A stretch of DNA of 54,496 bases, taken from NCBI RefSeq assembly GCF_004010195.1, contig NW_025215243.1, forward strand, positions 22,019-76,514, in the 5' to 3' direction. The translations under genes were made by a program, and so were the position numbers. The notes beneath the pieces are model-generated. The model searched no databases. It was given only the letters and a program-made list of their open reading frames with translations, and was not told the DNA's origin. Of this stretch, positions 23,318 to 34,539 are shown one piece after another; the first letter of the stretch is position 1; each line of letters opens with the position of its first letter. This DNA is from Chiloscyllium plagiosum (lineage: Eukaryota).

Positions 23318-25704
23318 TAGGGCGGCCTATCTCAAGATGAGACGTAAAGGTTCAATTGGGGCGATTGAGAGTTATAGGGTAGCCAGGAAGGACCTGAAGA
23401 GAGAGCTAAGAGCAGCAAGGAGGGGACATGAAAGGTCCTTAGTCGGTAGGATTAGGGAAAACCCTAAGGCTTTCTATAGGTATGTCAGGAATAAAAGAAT
23501 GACTAGGGTAGGAATAGGTCCAGTCAAGGATAGTAGTGGGAAGTTGCGTGTGGAGGCGGAAGAGATTGGGGAGACACTGAATGAATACTTTTCTTCAGTA
23601 TTCACTCAGGAACAGGGCATTGTTGTCGATGAAAATACTGAGGCACAAATAAGTAGAATGGATGGCTTTGAGGTATGTAGAGAAGAGGTATTGGAAATCC
23701 TGGAAAAGGTGAAAATAGATAAGTCCCCTGGGCCTGATGGCATTTATCCTAGGATTCTCTGGGAAGCAAGGGAGGAGATTGCAGAGCCATTGGCCTTGAT
23801 TTTTATGTCCTCTTTGTCTACAGGAGTAGTCCCAGAAGACTGGAGGATAGCAAATGTGGTCCCCTTGTTCAAAAAGGGGAGTAGGGATAACCCTAGTAAC
23901 TATAGGCCGGTGAGTCTCACTTCTGTTGTGGGCAAAGTCTAAGAGAGAATTGTNNNNNNNNNNNNNNNNNNNNNNNNNNNNNNNNNNNNNNNNNNNNNNN
24001 NNNNNNNNNNNNNNNNNNNNNNNNNNNNNNNNNNNNNNNNNNNNNNNNNNNNNNNNNNNNNNNNNNNNNNNNNNNNNNNNNNNNNNNNNNNNNNNNNNNN
24101 NNNNNNNNNNNNNNNNNNNNNNNNNNNNNNNNNNNNNNNNNNNNNNNNNNNNNNNNNNNNNNNNNNNNNNNNNNNNNNNNNNNNNNNNNNNNNNNNNNNN
24201 NNNNNNNNNNNNNNNNNNNNNNNNNNNNNNNNNNNNNNNNNNNNNNNNNNNNNNNNNNNNNNNNNNNNNNNNNNNNNNNNNNNNNNNNNNNNNNNNNNNN
24301 NNNNNNNNNNNNNNNNNNNNNNNNNNNNNNNNNNNNNNNNNNNNNNNNNNNNNNNNNNNNNNNNNNNNNNNNNTCAGTTAACAATATTAATACAAGGGAA
24401 AGTAATTGTGTATTTTCAACGTCCTTGTACTTAATAACAATTTGGTTAGCATGGTTTTGTGAAGGGCAGGTCGTGCCTCACAAACCTTATTGAATTCTTT
24501 GAAAAGGTGACGAAGGAGGTTGATGAGGGGAAAGCGGTAGATGTGGTATATATGGATTTTAGTAAGGCGTTTGATAAGGTTCCCCATGGTAGGCTACTGC
24601 AGGAAATACGGAGATATGGCATTGGGGGTGAGTTGGAGGTTTGGATTAGGGATTGGCTGGATGGAAGAAGACAGAGGGTAGTAGTTGATGGCAAAGTTTC
24701 TTCATGGAGTGCCGTCACTAGCGGTGTTCCGCAAGGATCTGTTTTGGGACCATTGCTGTTTGTCATTTTTATAAATGACCTGGAAGAGGGGTTAGAAGGT
24801 TGGGTGAGCAAGTTTGCGGATGATACGAAAGTCGGAGGGGTTGTTGACAGTGAGGAAGGATGTGGCAGGTTACAGCGGGATATAGAGAAGCTGCAGAGCT
24901 GGGCAGAAAGGTGGCAAATGGAATTTAATGTAGCTAAGTGTGAGGTGATTCACTTTGGGAAGAATAACAAAAAGATGGGGTACTGGGCTAATGGTCGGAT
25001 ACTTGGTCGTGTGGATGAGCAGAGGGATCTTGGTGTCCATGTACACAGATCTCTGAAAGTTGCCACCCAGGTAAATAGTGCGGTGAGGAAGGCATATGGC
25101 GTACTGGCTTTTATTGGTAGAGGAATTGAGTTCGGGAGTCCTGAGGTCATGATGCAGTTGTATAAGACTCTGGTGCGGCCGCATCTGGAATATTGTGTGC
25201 AGTTTTGGTCGCCATACTATAGGAAGGATGTGGAGGCACTGGAACGGGTGCAGAGGAGGTTTACCAGGATGTTGCCTGGTATGGAAGGAAGATCGTATGC
25301 GGAAAGACTGAGACACTTGGGGCTGTTTTCATTAGAGAAAAGAAGGTTTAGGGGTGACTTGATTGAGGTGTACAAGATGATTAGGGGGTTAGATAGGGTT
25401 GACAGTGTGAACCTTTTCCCGCGTATGGAGTCGGGTATTACAAGGGGGCATAGCTTTAAATTAAGGGGGGGGGGTAGATATAGGACTGAAGTTAGGGGTA
25501 GGTTCTTCACTCAGCGAGTCGTAAGTTCATGGAATGCCCTGCCAGTAGCAGTGGTGGACTCTCCCTCTTTATGGGCATTTAAGCGGGCATTGGATAGGTA
25601 TATGGAGGATAGTGGGTTAGTATAGGTTAGGTGGGCTTGGATCGGCGCATCATCGAGGGCCAAAGGGCCTGTACTGCGCTGTATTCTTCTATGTTCTATG
25701 TTCT
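23318..25704 (+). mobile_element. Young 5'-truncated CR1 LINE spanning an N gap
   Basis: Near-intact ORF2 (ENPKAFYRY...KSPGPDGIYPR...NYRPVSLTS, then RT) and a (TTCTATG)n tail. Candidate TSD AACCT at 23313-23317 and 25705-25709. Confidence 0.95.
24459..25625 (+). CDS. CR1 ORF2 reverse transcriptase and C-terminal region (partial, 388 aa without stops; not a complete gene)
   Basis: DFSKAFDKVPH, GVPQGSVLGP, FADD, RDLGV, RPHLEYCVQFWSP, TRGH and FFTQRVV motifs. Confidence 0.9.
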   Translation: MKGRSCLTNLIEFFEKVTKEVDEGKAVDVVYMDFSKAFDKVPHGRLLQEIRRYGIGGELEVWIRDWLDGRRQRVVVDGKVSSWSAVTSGVPQGSVLGPLLFVIFINDLEEGLEGWVSKFADDTKVGGVVDSEEGCGRLQRDIEKLQSWAERWQMEFNVAKCEVIHFGKNNKKMGYWANGRILGRVDEQRDLGVHVHRSLKVATQVNSAVRKAYGVLAFIGRGIEFGSPEVMMQLYKTLVRPHLEYCVQFWSPYYRKDVEALERVQRRFTRMLPGMEGRSYAERLRHLGLFSLEKRRFRGDLIEVYKMIRGLDRVDSVNLFPRMESGITRGHSFKLRGGGRYRTEVRGRFFTQRVVSSWNALPVAVVDSPSLWAFKRALDRYMEDSGLV

Positions 25705-25989
25705 AACCTACCAGAGAGGATGCTGATGTTGCCTGGGACATAGTTCACATAATCCTGCTTTCCAGACAATATCTGATTGTTGCTTGATTAGTCTGTGGGA
25801 AATATACAACAGGTCACTTTTACATTCTGTATAATGAAGAAGTAATATCACTTTATTTCTTACATATTTTAAATTAAACCAAACGTAATTGTTTTTCAGT
25901 TGAAAGCAATTGAAGTGAACAATAATTGAATTACCAGAGCGCTCACCTAACTATTACACAATTCAGTGACTGTAGTAAACAGCTGACTC

Positions 25990-26640
25990 GTGTTCAGTTC
26001 AGTGAACACACCATCTTGCAGGCAGCAAAGCTGTTGGAAATGACATTGAAAACATACCTACATTCAGACACTGTTTTACTAGCCCTCATCACGACCTCCA
26101 AAACACTGTCCATCTCCAAAATCTGTCCAGTGAGTTTCCAAACTGGAGCTGGACAATTAGTCGAACAACTCCTCACAATACAATGGTTAGAGATATACCT
26201 GAACAACGGAGAGATGTGAGTGGGGAAAACTGGTCAATGGACTAGCACATGGCGCTGGTCCAGACGCAGTTCAACATTTGTAACAATGACCTGGAAACAA
26301 CCATGTATTTCAAATATATCCCTTTTGGTGTGCCACCTAAACTCTGTAATTCAGCACCTTGGACCCGATCCTGAATGAAGGTGTTATAAAGGTGATGGGC
26401 TCCTGCAGCACATGGCATCTTACATTGAATCCCTCATAAAGCATATCCAGTGTATGTTAGCTCCACAATGTCAGTATCCAAACCGAATAGTACAGCTCCA
26501 TTGTTGGCCAGCATCAACCCAGCCCAACGATCTTGTGTGTGACTTGAGCTGGAAATCTCTGTGTTAATGTCTGCAGCATTGTTCTCACCATTAACAGCAA
26601 CGTCTCTTGACTGAAGGTCTGACATCCTTTTGTAATACCA
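25990..26640 (+). mobile_element. Vingi/Ingi-like LINE remnant
   Basis: DTVLLALITTSKTL (like GTVFLDLTAAYDTV), NGLAHG..FNICNNDLETTMYFKYI (like NGLPQG..FNIYTNDLP..KFIYADD) and PLLASINP. The family call is from remembered motifs. Confidence 0.6.
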
Positions 26641-26856
26641 ACTTTTAGATTGTCTAATAAACACAAAATCCTCCCCCCCCCTCCCCTTTCTTCAGTTCAT
26701 TTTTTATAACAGTATGATGAAAACAGTGTGCAACTCACAGTATGGAGCATTGAAATGATGAGTCTCATTTCCACACCCAAGACCAAGTTATTATTAAGTG
26801 CAAGGACTTTGAGAATATGCAACTATTTTCCGTTGTATTAATGTTGTGAACTAATA

Positions 26857-26957
26857 GTCGACTCTCCTGCTCCTCAGATGCTTCCTGAACGGCTGTACTT
26901 TTTGAGGACCACACTTTTTGATTCTGATCTTCAGCATCTGCAGTCCTCCCTTTCTCC
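26857..26957 (+). mobile_element. Penelope-like terminal repeat fragment (hammerhead core absent)
   Basis: GTCGACTCTCCTGCTCCTCAGATGC...CAGCATCTGCAGTCCTCCCTTTCTCC matches the 15199-15417 element. Confidence 0.8.
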
Positions 26958-27579
26958 CTCGTAATATTCACTCATAATCATTTTTGTGGTCACAAAATCA
27001 CTGTGTTTTTAAACATGTTAGTCAGATATGAGTACATTTTGAATTGCTTACGTCTATCTCAGAGCTCAGTAATGTTGGGTGTGAACGTAATGTCTGTGTG
27101 ATGCTTGGTATGTAGGCCATGCCTCTGAGAGACTGACAGGTTATCCCTTCAGCTGTTCACAACAAGCAAGTTATGGACTGAACCCAACCAGCCTGAACTC
27201 ACAAAACCCAAAGCACAGTGTCCTGCGTTGGACATGTTTGGACAGTATTTTTCAGTTGAATTTGTTCATAGAATATGATTGGGCCAGTAGTTATTGTCTG
27301 TCCCTTGTTGCCCTTGAGAAGGTAGTGGAGAGCTGCTGAAATGAATGACTGAAGTCCATGTGTTGCAGTTAGACGTACAATACCTTTCGGGAGGGACCTT
27401 GAAACAGTGACACTGAAGGAACAGCAATATACTTCCCAATCAGAGTGGTGGGTGGCTTGGATCGGAATGCGAACATGGGGGTGGGGGTGGGCTCCCATAT
27501 GTCTGCTTCCCTTGTCATTCATGATGGTTGTGGTTCCGGAGGTATGTTGTAAGGAGCCTTGGTAAGTTTCTGCAGAGCA

Positions 27580-27821
27580 CCGAAACAGGCCCTTTGGCCC
27601 AACAAGTACACACTGACCCTCCGAAGAGAAACCCACCCAGACCCATTCCCCTAAACCTAACACTACGGGCAATTTAGCATGGCCAATTCACCTAACCTGC
27701 ATATCTTTGCACTGTAGGAGGAAACCGACGCACCTGGAGGAATCTACATAGACACGGGGAGAATGTGCAAACTCTGGTCTCTGGCATTGTGAGGCAGCAG
27801 TGCTAACCGCTGTGCCACCGT
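27580..27821 (-). mobile_element. HE1-like V-SINE
   Basis: Reverse complement ACGGTGGCACAGCGGTTAGCACTGCTGCCTCAC...GGTTAGGTGAATTGGCCATGCTAAATTGCCC...CTTGTTGGGCCAAAGGGCCTGTTTC. Confidence 0.9.
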
Positions 27822-27877
27822 ATTTATGCAGGATTCCTAGCTCCTGACATATTCTTGTAGCCAATTAATTTACATGC

Positions 27878-27971
27878 GTCGAAAAGTGTAGCGCTGGAAA
27901 AGCACAACAGGTCAGACAGAATCTGAATTACAGGAGAATCGCCGTTTTAGCGTAAGCCCTTCACAGGAATG
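27878..27971 (-). mobile_element. Penelope-like terminal repeat fragment, decayed hammerhead
   Basis: GCTGGAAAAGCACAACAGGTCAGACAG...AGCCCTTCACAGGAATG is homologous to 15247-15327. Confidence 0.75.
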
Positions 27972-28439
27972 GGTAATGAAATTATATGCTAAGTCCAGTT
28001 CTGGTTAACAGTAATCCCCGGGATATTGCTCGGTGGATGTTCAGTGATGGTGGTGACATTGCCCATTAGAGGATATCGTTCAGTTCTGAATTGTTAGAGG
28101 TAATTGTTGTCTGGCACATGTGTAATGGAAGTGGTCCTTGTCACTGTTAAGCACACACCTGTATATTTCCAGGTCCTTGTTGCATTTGGATAAGGATTGC
28201 TTCAGTATCTGAGGAAATCACAATGTTGAACATTGTCCAATCATTGGCAAGCATACCCACTTGTGACTTTAATGTATAAGGAGATCCATTTATGATTGGT
28301 CCTAGGGCAAAGAGCACTCTTATAGCTCACTAATACTGTCCCTCTCTCTGGGGTTAGGAGGCTTGCTTCTAGTTCCAGAGGTGTCTAACAACATATCTGA
28401 ACAGACTAATATTACAGTATCTTGACAATGAGCTGAGCG

Positions 28440-28655
28440 AGGACTTGGTTAGCTCAATCAGTTGGACAGATAGCTATTGATGCCAACAGTGAGGGTTCAT
28501 TTCCCTCACTGACTGGTGTGACTAAAGGAATGTCTTACTCAACCTCTCCCTTACTTGCGGCATGATGACTGTCCAGTTAAACTACCACAAGTTGTCTCCG
28601 TCTAACGAGAGAGCAGCCCTATCATCCTGTAGCAGAATAGTGCCTTACCTTTCCA
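28440..28655 (+). mobile_element. Decayed tRNA-derived SINE (family not assigned)
   Basis: A-box-like TAGCTCAATCAGTTGG, B-box-like GGTTCATTTCC and a CCTTACCTTT-like tail. Confidence 0.5.
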
Positions 28656-30679
28656 TTTCTGATCTACAGGCTTACCCATAAATCCCTCCCCTAGTGAACT
28701 GCTGTGGAGCTGTCCTGGAGCTGAGATGACTGCTGCGCACTAACCCCAGCCACCTTCCTTTATACCAGGTATAACTTCAGCCAGTGCAGACAATTCCAAT
28801 TTACTCCAGTTTTACCGTTAATCCTGGATACGACACTTGATCAAATGCCGTTAAGATGATGTTAAAAGTGCAGTCACTGTCGCCTTAGCTCTAGAATTCA
28901 GCTGTGAACCAAGGCTTCAATGAGCCCAAGGGATGAGCGGCCCTGGCAGAGCCCAAACTGCATTTGAGTGAGCAGGTTGGTGCTGAGGAAGTGCTTCTTG
29001 ATCCCACTGTAGATTCCAATAACATTCCAACACTTTAGTGATAGGGATTAGAACAATGGGACACCCATTGATTGTCTGATGTTTGGTCTGTGTGTGTACA
29101 GGACACACCTGGCTAGTTTCCCACATTGTCAGGTATATGCCAGTGCTGTATCCCAGCAGGAACAACTTGAATGGAATGTTCTCAGGGCCCACAGCCTTTG
29201 CATTCCCCATCCCTCCAGCCACTTGGAGATAACACACAAAATGAATTGAATTAGCTGAAGACTGCCACCTGGAGGAGACTAAAATAGATCATCCAATTGA
29301 TACTTCTGTCTGAACATTGCTGTGAATGTTTCAGCCTTAGATTTCTATTGTTGCGCTAAGCCCTTCCATCATTCAGGAACGTTGTATTTGTGGACCCTCC
29401 TCCTCCAGAGAGTTGTTTGATTGACCACACAATTCATGCTGACAGCATATGACAGGATTGCAGAGATTAGGTCTGATTTGTTGGTTAGATGTGTCGGTCA
29501 CGAGCTATTTATGCTATCTGGTGAGTAAGTGGTCCTGTTTGGTAACGTCACCTCATTTTGAGATGTACCTGGTGCTGCTCTTGGCCAGCCCTCCTGTATT
29601 CTCCATTGAACAAGGGCTTATCCCCTGGCCTGATGGTCAGGGTAAAGTGGACCATATGCCAGGCAGTGACAGTGAAAATTGTGCTGGAGTACTATTCTGC
29701 TGTTGTTGGTATTAACCCAAACCATCTCTCACAGGCCATTTCGGAGTCCTAGATCTCTTCAAAATCTGTCCCATTTAGCATGGTTATAGTATCTCTCACA
29801 TGTGTGCTCATGCATGTACACACACACAAAAGCACGCATATTTTATATTGTCTGCCGCCAGTAGGTTTCTCCCTCTCAGTTGCCTCCCCCACCCCCCTAC
29901 CCAGTGCGGAAACAATCTCGCAGCTATGTCCTTTTTTTGACCCAACCATCTTTAACAGCAGTGCTGCTGCTGATCCCGACTTGGTGGTGGTTTTGAAATG
30001 GCCCACCCAGTAAACATTCTCCAGCTCCGTCACTCTCTCAGGGCCTCCTGCAAGTGTTGTTCATAGTGCAGGGACACTGATCCACCAGCTGACGGAGGGG
30101 AGTCAGCAGGAAGTTTCCGTGTCAGTGTTTATTCTGACACCATCTGGTTTTGTGATGTCACATTGTTGCTTCAGCAGCCTGTAGGACATCTCTCCCAAGT
30201 CTTGCCCGAGACCCCAGACATTAGGAAGGAGGGGTTTCCAGGGTCTGCAGGGCTTTTTGTTTTTGTCACTGTCAATTGAAGGGCCTCATCTGTCTGTATG
30301 ATACTCTATGATTGCACACTCCAAGGTCTCACTCCTTCAGTTCCTCCCAGTGCCTTGACTATTACACAGATTTCTACAATACTTTCTCTATTAAATCATT
30401 GCACAATGCCGTTTTAAACTATCTACGTGTATCTCTGCATCTTTCCCGTCATCTCCACCAGCCGCTGTATCCATCTGTATCTTAGTAACTCTCCGTATCT
30501 CCACAAACTTTATTCATACTCCAGCCCCATCTATCACTTTAAATTCCGCCAGCCCCCACACCCCTCCCAATCTCTCTAATCTCCAGAGGCTACACCTCTC
30601 CCCATATCCTGTGAATGAATTTAAAAATATCTCACTAACCCCTTCTAGCATGCATCGGCCACGCTATCTCTTGACTTCC

Positions 30680-31537
30680 TCCAGCCTTGCTTTCCATCTC
30701 TGTCACATCTCCAGCCTTGCTTTCCTCTCTCTGTAGCATCTCCAGCCTTGATTTCCTCTCTCTGTAGCTTCTCTAGCCTTGCTTTTCTCTCTCTCCGTAA
30801 CAACTCCAGCCTTGCTTTCCTGTCTCTGTATCGTGTCCAGCCTAGCTTTCCTCTTTCTTTAACATCTCCAACCTTATTTTCCCATCTCTGTAACATCTCT
30901 AACCTTGCTTTCCTATCTCTGTTACATCGCCAGCCTTGCTTTCCTCTCTCTGTAACATCTCCAGCCTTGCTTTCCTAGCTCTGTAACACCTACAGCCTTA
31001 CTTTCCTATCTCTGTAACATCTCCAACCTTGCTGTCCTCTCTCTGTAACATGTACAGCCTTGCTTCCCCATCTCTGTAACATTTCTAGCCTTGCTTTCCT
31101 CTCTCTGTTACATCTCCAGCCTTGCTTTCCTTTCTCTGTAACACCTCCAGCCTTGCTTTCCTCTCTCTGTAACATCTCCAGTCTTGCTTTCCTATCTCTG
31201 TAACATCACCAACCTTGCATTCCTGTCTCTGTACCATGTCCAGCCTTACTTTCCTATCTTTATAACATCACCAGCCTTGCTTTCCTATCTCTGTAACATG
31301 TACAGCCTTGCTTTCCCATTTCTGCAACATTTCTAGCCTTGCTTTCCTCTCTCTCTAATATCTCCAGCCTTGCTTTCCTATCACTGTAACATCTCCAACC
31401 TTGTTTTCCTATCTCTGTAACATCTTCAGCCTTGCTTTCTTGTCTTAGTACCATGTCCAGCCTTGCTTTCCTGTCTCTGTAACATGTCCAGCCTTGCTTT
31501 CCTATCTCCGTAAAATCACCAGCGTTGCTTTCCTATA
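30680..31537. repeat. Minisatellite, 31-bp unit, about 27 copies
   Basis: Unit CCAGCCTTGCTTTCCTATCTCTGTAACATCT; the + strand is pyrimidine-rich. Confidence 0.97.
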
Positions 31538-31585
31538 CATTTCAGTGAATTGGTTTTGCATCTGCTTATTTTTTTGTCGTTTTGT

Positions 31586-31833
31586 GGGCATCACGGTGGC
31601 GCAATGGTTAGCACTGCTGCTTCACACTGCTAGAGACTTGGGTTCAATTCCCGCTTCCAGTTACTGTCTGCGTGGAATTTGCACATTCTTCCCTTGTCTA
31701 CATGGGTTTCCTCCCACCATCCAAAGGTTAGGTGAATTGGCCATGCTTAATTGCCTGTTGTGTTAAATGAAGGGGTAAATATCGAGGGGTGGACTTGTTG
31801 GGCCGAAGGGCCCGTTTCCACGTTGTAAGCTAA
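31586..31833 (+). mobile_element. HE1-like V-SINE
   Basis: GGCATCACGGTGGCGCAATGGTTAGCACTGCTGC...GGTTCAATTCCC...GGACTTGTTGGGCCGAAGGGCC. Confidence 0.9.
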
Positions 31834-32410
31834 AATGTGTTTTAAAATGTAGTGCGTCCGTCACCTTTTTGATTCGAATCTCGACCCACAAAGCCTCATT
31901 TGAAGACCCTTCCAAGATATTGTCCATCCTTTCAGCAGTAACTGATTTGTCAATTGATAATGTAACACCACATCCTCTTTAACACCCTGCCCTGTCCTGC
32001 CTGTAGTTCCAGTACAACAGCGTATTGAGTTGTTAGCCCTGACCTCCCTCAAATGCGGCTCTGTGATGGCAAAAATGTCACACCTCCATATGTCAACTCA
32101 TTCCCTTATCACATCTGTCAGCCTGTCTGATAATACTCCCAGCATTAACGTAAGCTGGAATATAATACCTGGAATACCCTGTACCTCAGAGTTCATCAGT
32201 CATTTCCTGTTTGTTATCAAGCTGCTCAAACCATGAACCACAACTCTAACTCTGGCACTGAATGAATCTCTGTGGAATTGTCATTTCTTTTTTTTTTAAA
32301 TTGTATTCATCAAGTGCAACTTTCCAGAACTGTGCAGTCAGCTCCACATGCAATGAGTTTCTGATGGTTAATTCCCTGCTCAGTGTGCAGAGGGGATAGC
32401 CCTCAGTAAT

Positions 32411-32540
32411 GGAGAAGGTGAGGACTGCAGTTGATGGAGATCAGAGTCAAAACGTGTGGTGCTAGAAAGGTACAGCAGGTCAGGCAGCATCCGAGGGGCA
32501 GGAGAGTCAATGTTTAGGTCATAAACTCTTCATCAGGAAG
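32411..32540 (-). mobile_element. Penelope-like terminal repeat, decayed hammerhead
   Basis: GGAGAAGGTGAGGACTGCAG...CAGCAGGTCAGGCAGCATCC...CTTCATCAGGAA, which reads CTGATGA on the minus strand. Confidence 0.8.
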
Positions 32541-32785
32541 GCATTGGTGCATTCCTTTATTTTTTCATTCCATGATTCACAGAATGTTGGGAACTGTACT
32601 TACTCAGGGAAACAGCACTGTATCTAGAAAGGTACAGCAGGTCAGGCAGCATCCGAGGGGCAGGAGAGTCAATGTTTAGGTCATAAACTCTTCATCAGGA
32701 AGGCATTGGTGCATTCCTTTATTTTTTCATTCCATGATTCACAGAATGTTGGGAACTGTACTTACTCAGGGAGACAGCATTGTAT
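32462..32785. repeat. Tandem duplication, 162 bp x 2
   Basis: 32462-32623 and 32624-32785 differ at 2 positions near the 3' end. Confidence 0.95.
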
Positions 32786-32854
32786 ATTGCACTGAAATGG
32801 AAAGCAGTCAATCAGTTGGTTGGTCAGGGTGTAGACAAGTTGAAGGGAAGTATA

Positions 32855-32948
32855 GCTGAAAATGTGTTGCTGGAAAGCACAGCAGGTCAGGCAGCATCCA
32901 ACGAGCAGGGGAATTGGCATTTCGCGCATCAGCCCTTCTTCAGGAACC
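32855..32948 (-). mobile_element. Short Penelope-like terminal repeat insertion with 14-bp TSD
   Basis: TGAAGGGAAGTATA occurs at 32841-32854 and 32949-32962. The minus strand reads CTGAAGA-AGGGCTGATGCGC-GAAA-TGCC. Confidence 0.85.
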
Positions 32949-32984
32949 TGAAGGGAAGTATACACTGAATGAATTACAAATATA

Positions 32985-34330
32985 AGGATAGGTAAATCCC
33001 CTGGACCAGATGGGGTGACCCTAGGTTACTCCAGGAAGTGACGGGAGAGATTGGCGTGCCTTTGGCGATGATCTTTGCGTCCTCAGTGTCCACTGGAGCA
33101 GTGCCAGCCAGATGATTGGAGGGCTACAAATGTTATTCCCTGTTCAGGAAATGGAATAGGGATAATTCTGGGAATGACCGAACAGTCAGTCTTACATCAG
33201 TGGTCGGCAAAGTATTGCAGACGTCTCTGAGAGACTGTATTTTGCAATTATTTAGAACATGATAGTTTGATTAGAGATGGTCAGCATGGCTTTGCGAGGA
33301 GCAGGTCATCCGTCAGAAACCTATTGAATGCTTTGAAGATGTAAAACACACATTGATGAAGGTAGACCAGTAGATGTGGTGAACAAGAATTTTAGCAAGG
33401 CTTTCCCAACTGTAGGCTCATTCAGAAGGTAGGGAAGCATGGGGCACAGAGAAATTTGGTTGTCTGGATACGGGAGTGGCTGGCCCACAGAAGTCAGAAG
33501 ATGGTAGCAGATGTAAAGTATACAGTCTGGAGCTCAGTGAGCAGTGGTGTTCCAAAGGGATCGGCTCTGGGACCTGTGCTCTTTGTGATTTTTATAAATG
33601 ATTTTGATGAGGAAGTGGACAAGTAGGTTAGTAAGTTTGCCAATGTCACGAAGGTTGGTCGGGTTGTGGATAGTGTGGAGGGCCATTGTAGTTTGCAACA
33701 GGATATTGACAGGATGCAGATCTGGGCTGAGAAGTGGCAGATAGAGTCCAACCTTAAAAAATGTGAAGCAATTTATTTTGAAAGGTTGCATTTGCATAAA
33801 GTATTCAGGGTTAAAGGCAGAATTCTTGGCATTGTGGAGTGACAGAGGGATCTTGAGGTCATTGTCCATAGATCTCTCAAAGTTGCCACCCAAGTTGACA
33901 GGGTTGTTCAGAAGGAATATGGCGTGTTGTCTTTTGTTATCAGGGGGATTGAGTTTAAGAGCAGCGAGGTTTTTTCTTTGCTCTATAAAGCTGTGATTTA
34001 ACCATACTTGGAATATTATGTTCAGTTCTGGTTGCCTCATTATAGGAAACACGCGAAAGCCTCAGAGAGTGTACAGAGGAGACTTACCAGGGTGCTGCTT
34101 GGACTGGAGGGAATATCTTACAAAGAAAGGATGAGCTGCTAGGACTTTCCTCCAGCAATGGTAGTAGAATCAGATACATTAGGGATATTTAAGAAGACTC
34201 TTGGATAGGCACACAAAAGTTAGTGAATTGATGGTTATGTAGGTCAGTCGGGTCTTAGAGTGGATAAAATGCTGGCAAAACATTGAGGGCTGAAGTGCCT
34301 GCACTGTGCTGTACCGGTCAATGTTCCAAG
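32985..34330 (+). mobile_element. CR1 fragment (tether, RT, 3' UTR), decayed
   Basis: [32 protein letters not shown] and VQFWLPHYRK motifs; 3' UTR GAGGGCTGAAGTGCCTG. Confidence 0.9.
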
Positions 34331-34539
34331 TTTCACTCAGCTTGTGGATTCTCGTCAGTTGTTGAATGTGTGAGGGAGTGAGGTGTGTGAGGTCAGGAAG
34401 ATGGGTAGGGGCGTTAGACCAAGACTTTCAGTTTTGATGTAATTGTTACATTCACCTGAGTGTCAGCACAATCTGCGTGGTTACCTAGACCAGGCAAAAT
34501 CCACAAGTTCAGTTATTAAAACGATTTTTGGCTCGCCGT

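Larger units (their letters stand above)
27270..30230 (-). mobile_element. Old CR1-group LINE fragments with nested SINEs
   Basis: 3' end TTGCCCTTGAGAAGGTAGTGG, which is similar to the Deu-SINE tail. The minus ORF 28917-29237 reads KAVGPENIP...TGIYLTMW...QVCPVH. Confidence 0.7.

Noticed and set aside
25994..26664. Two minus-strand ORFs with plausible splice signals
   Set aside because: The plus strand reads as decayed Vingi-like LINE motifs, and the minus peptides resemble no protein I recognise.
30645..31454. Arg/Glu/Lys-rich ORFs
   Set aside because: They are translations of a 31-bp tandem repeat, which is not a multiple of 3.
31586..31665. Possible tRNA gene (also the other SINE heads)
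   Set aside because: The A/B boxes run directly into a SINE body and tail, and no complete cloverleaf is evident.
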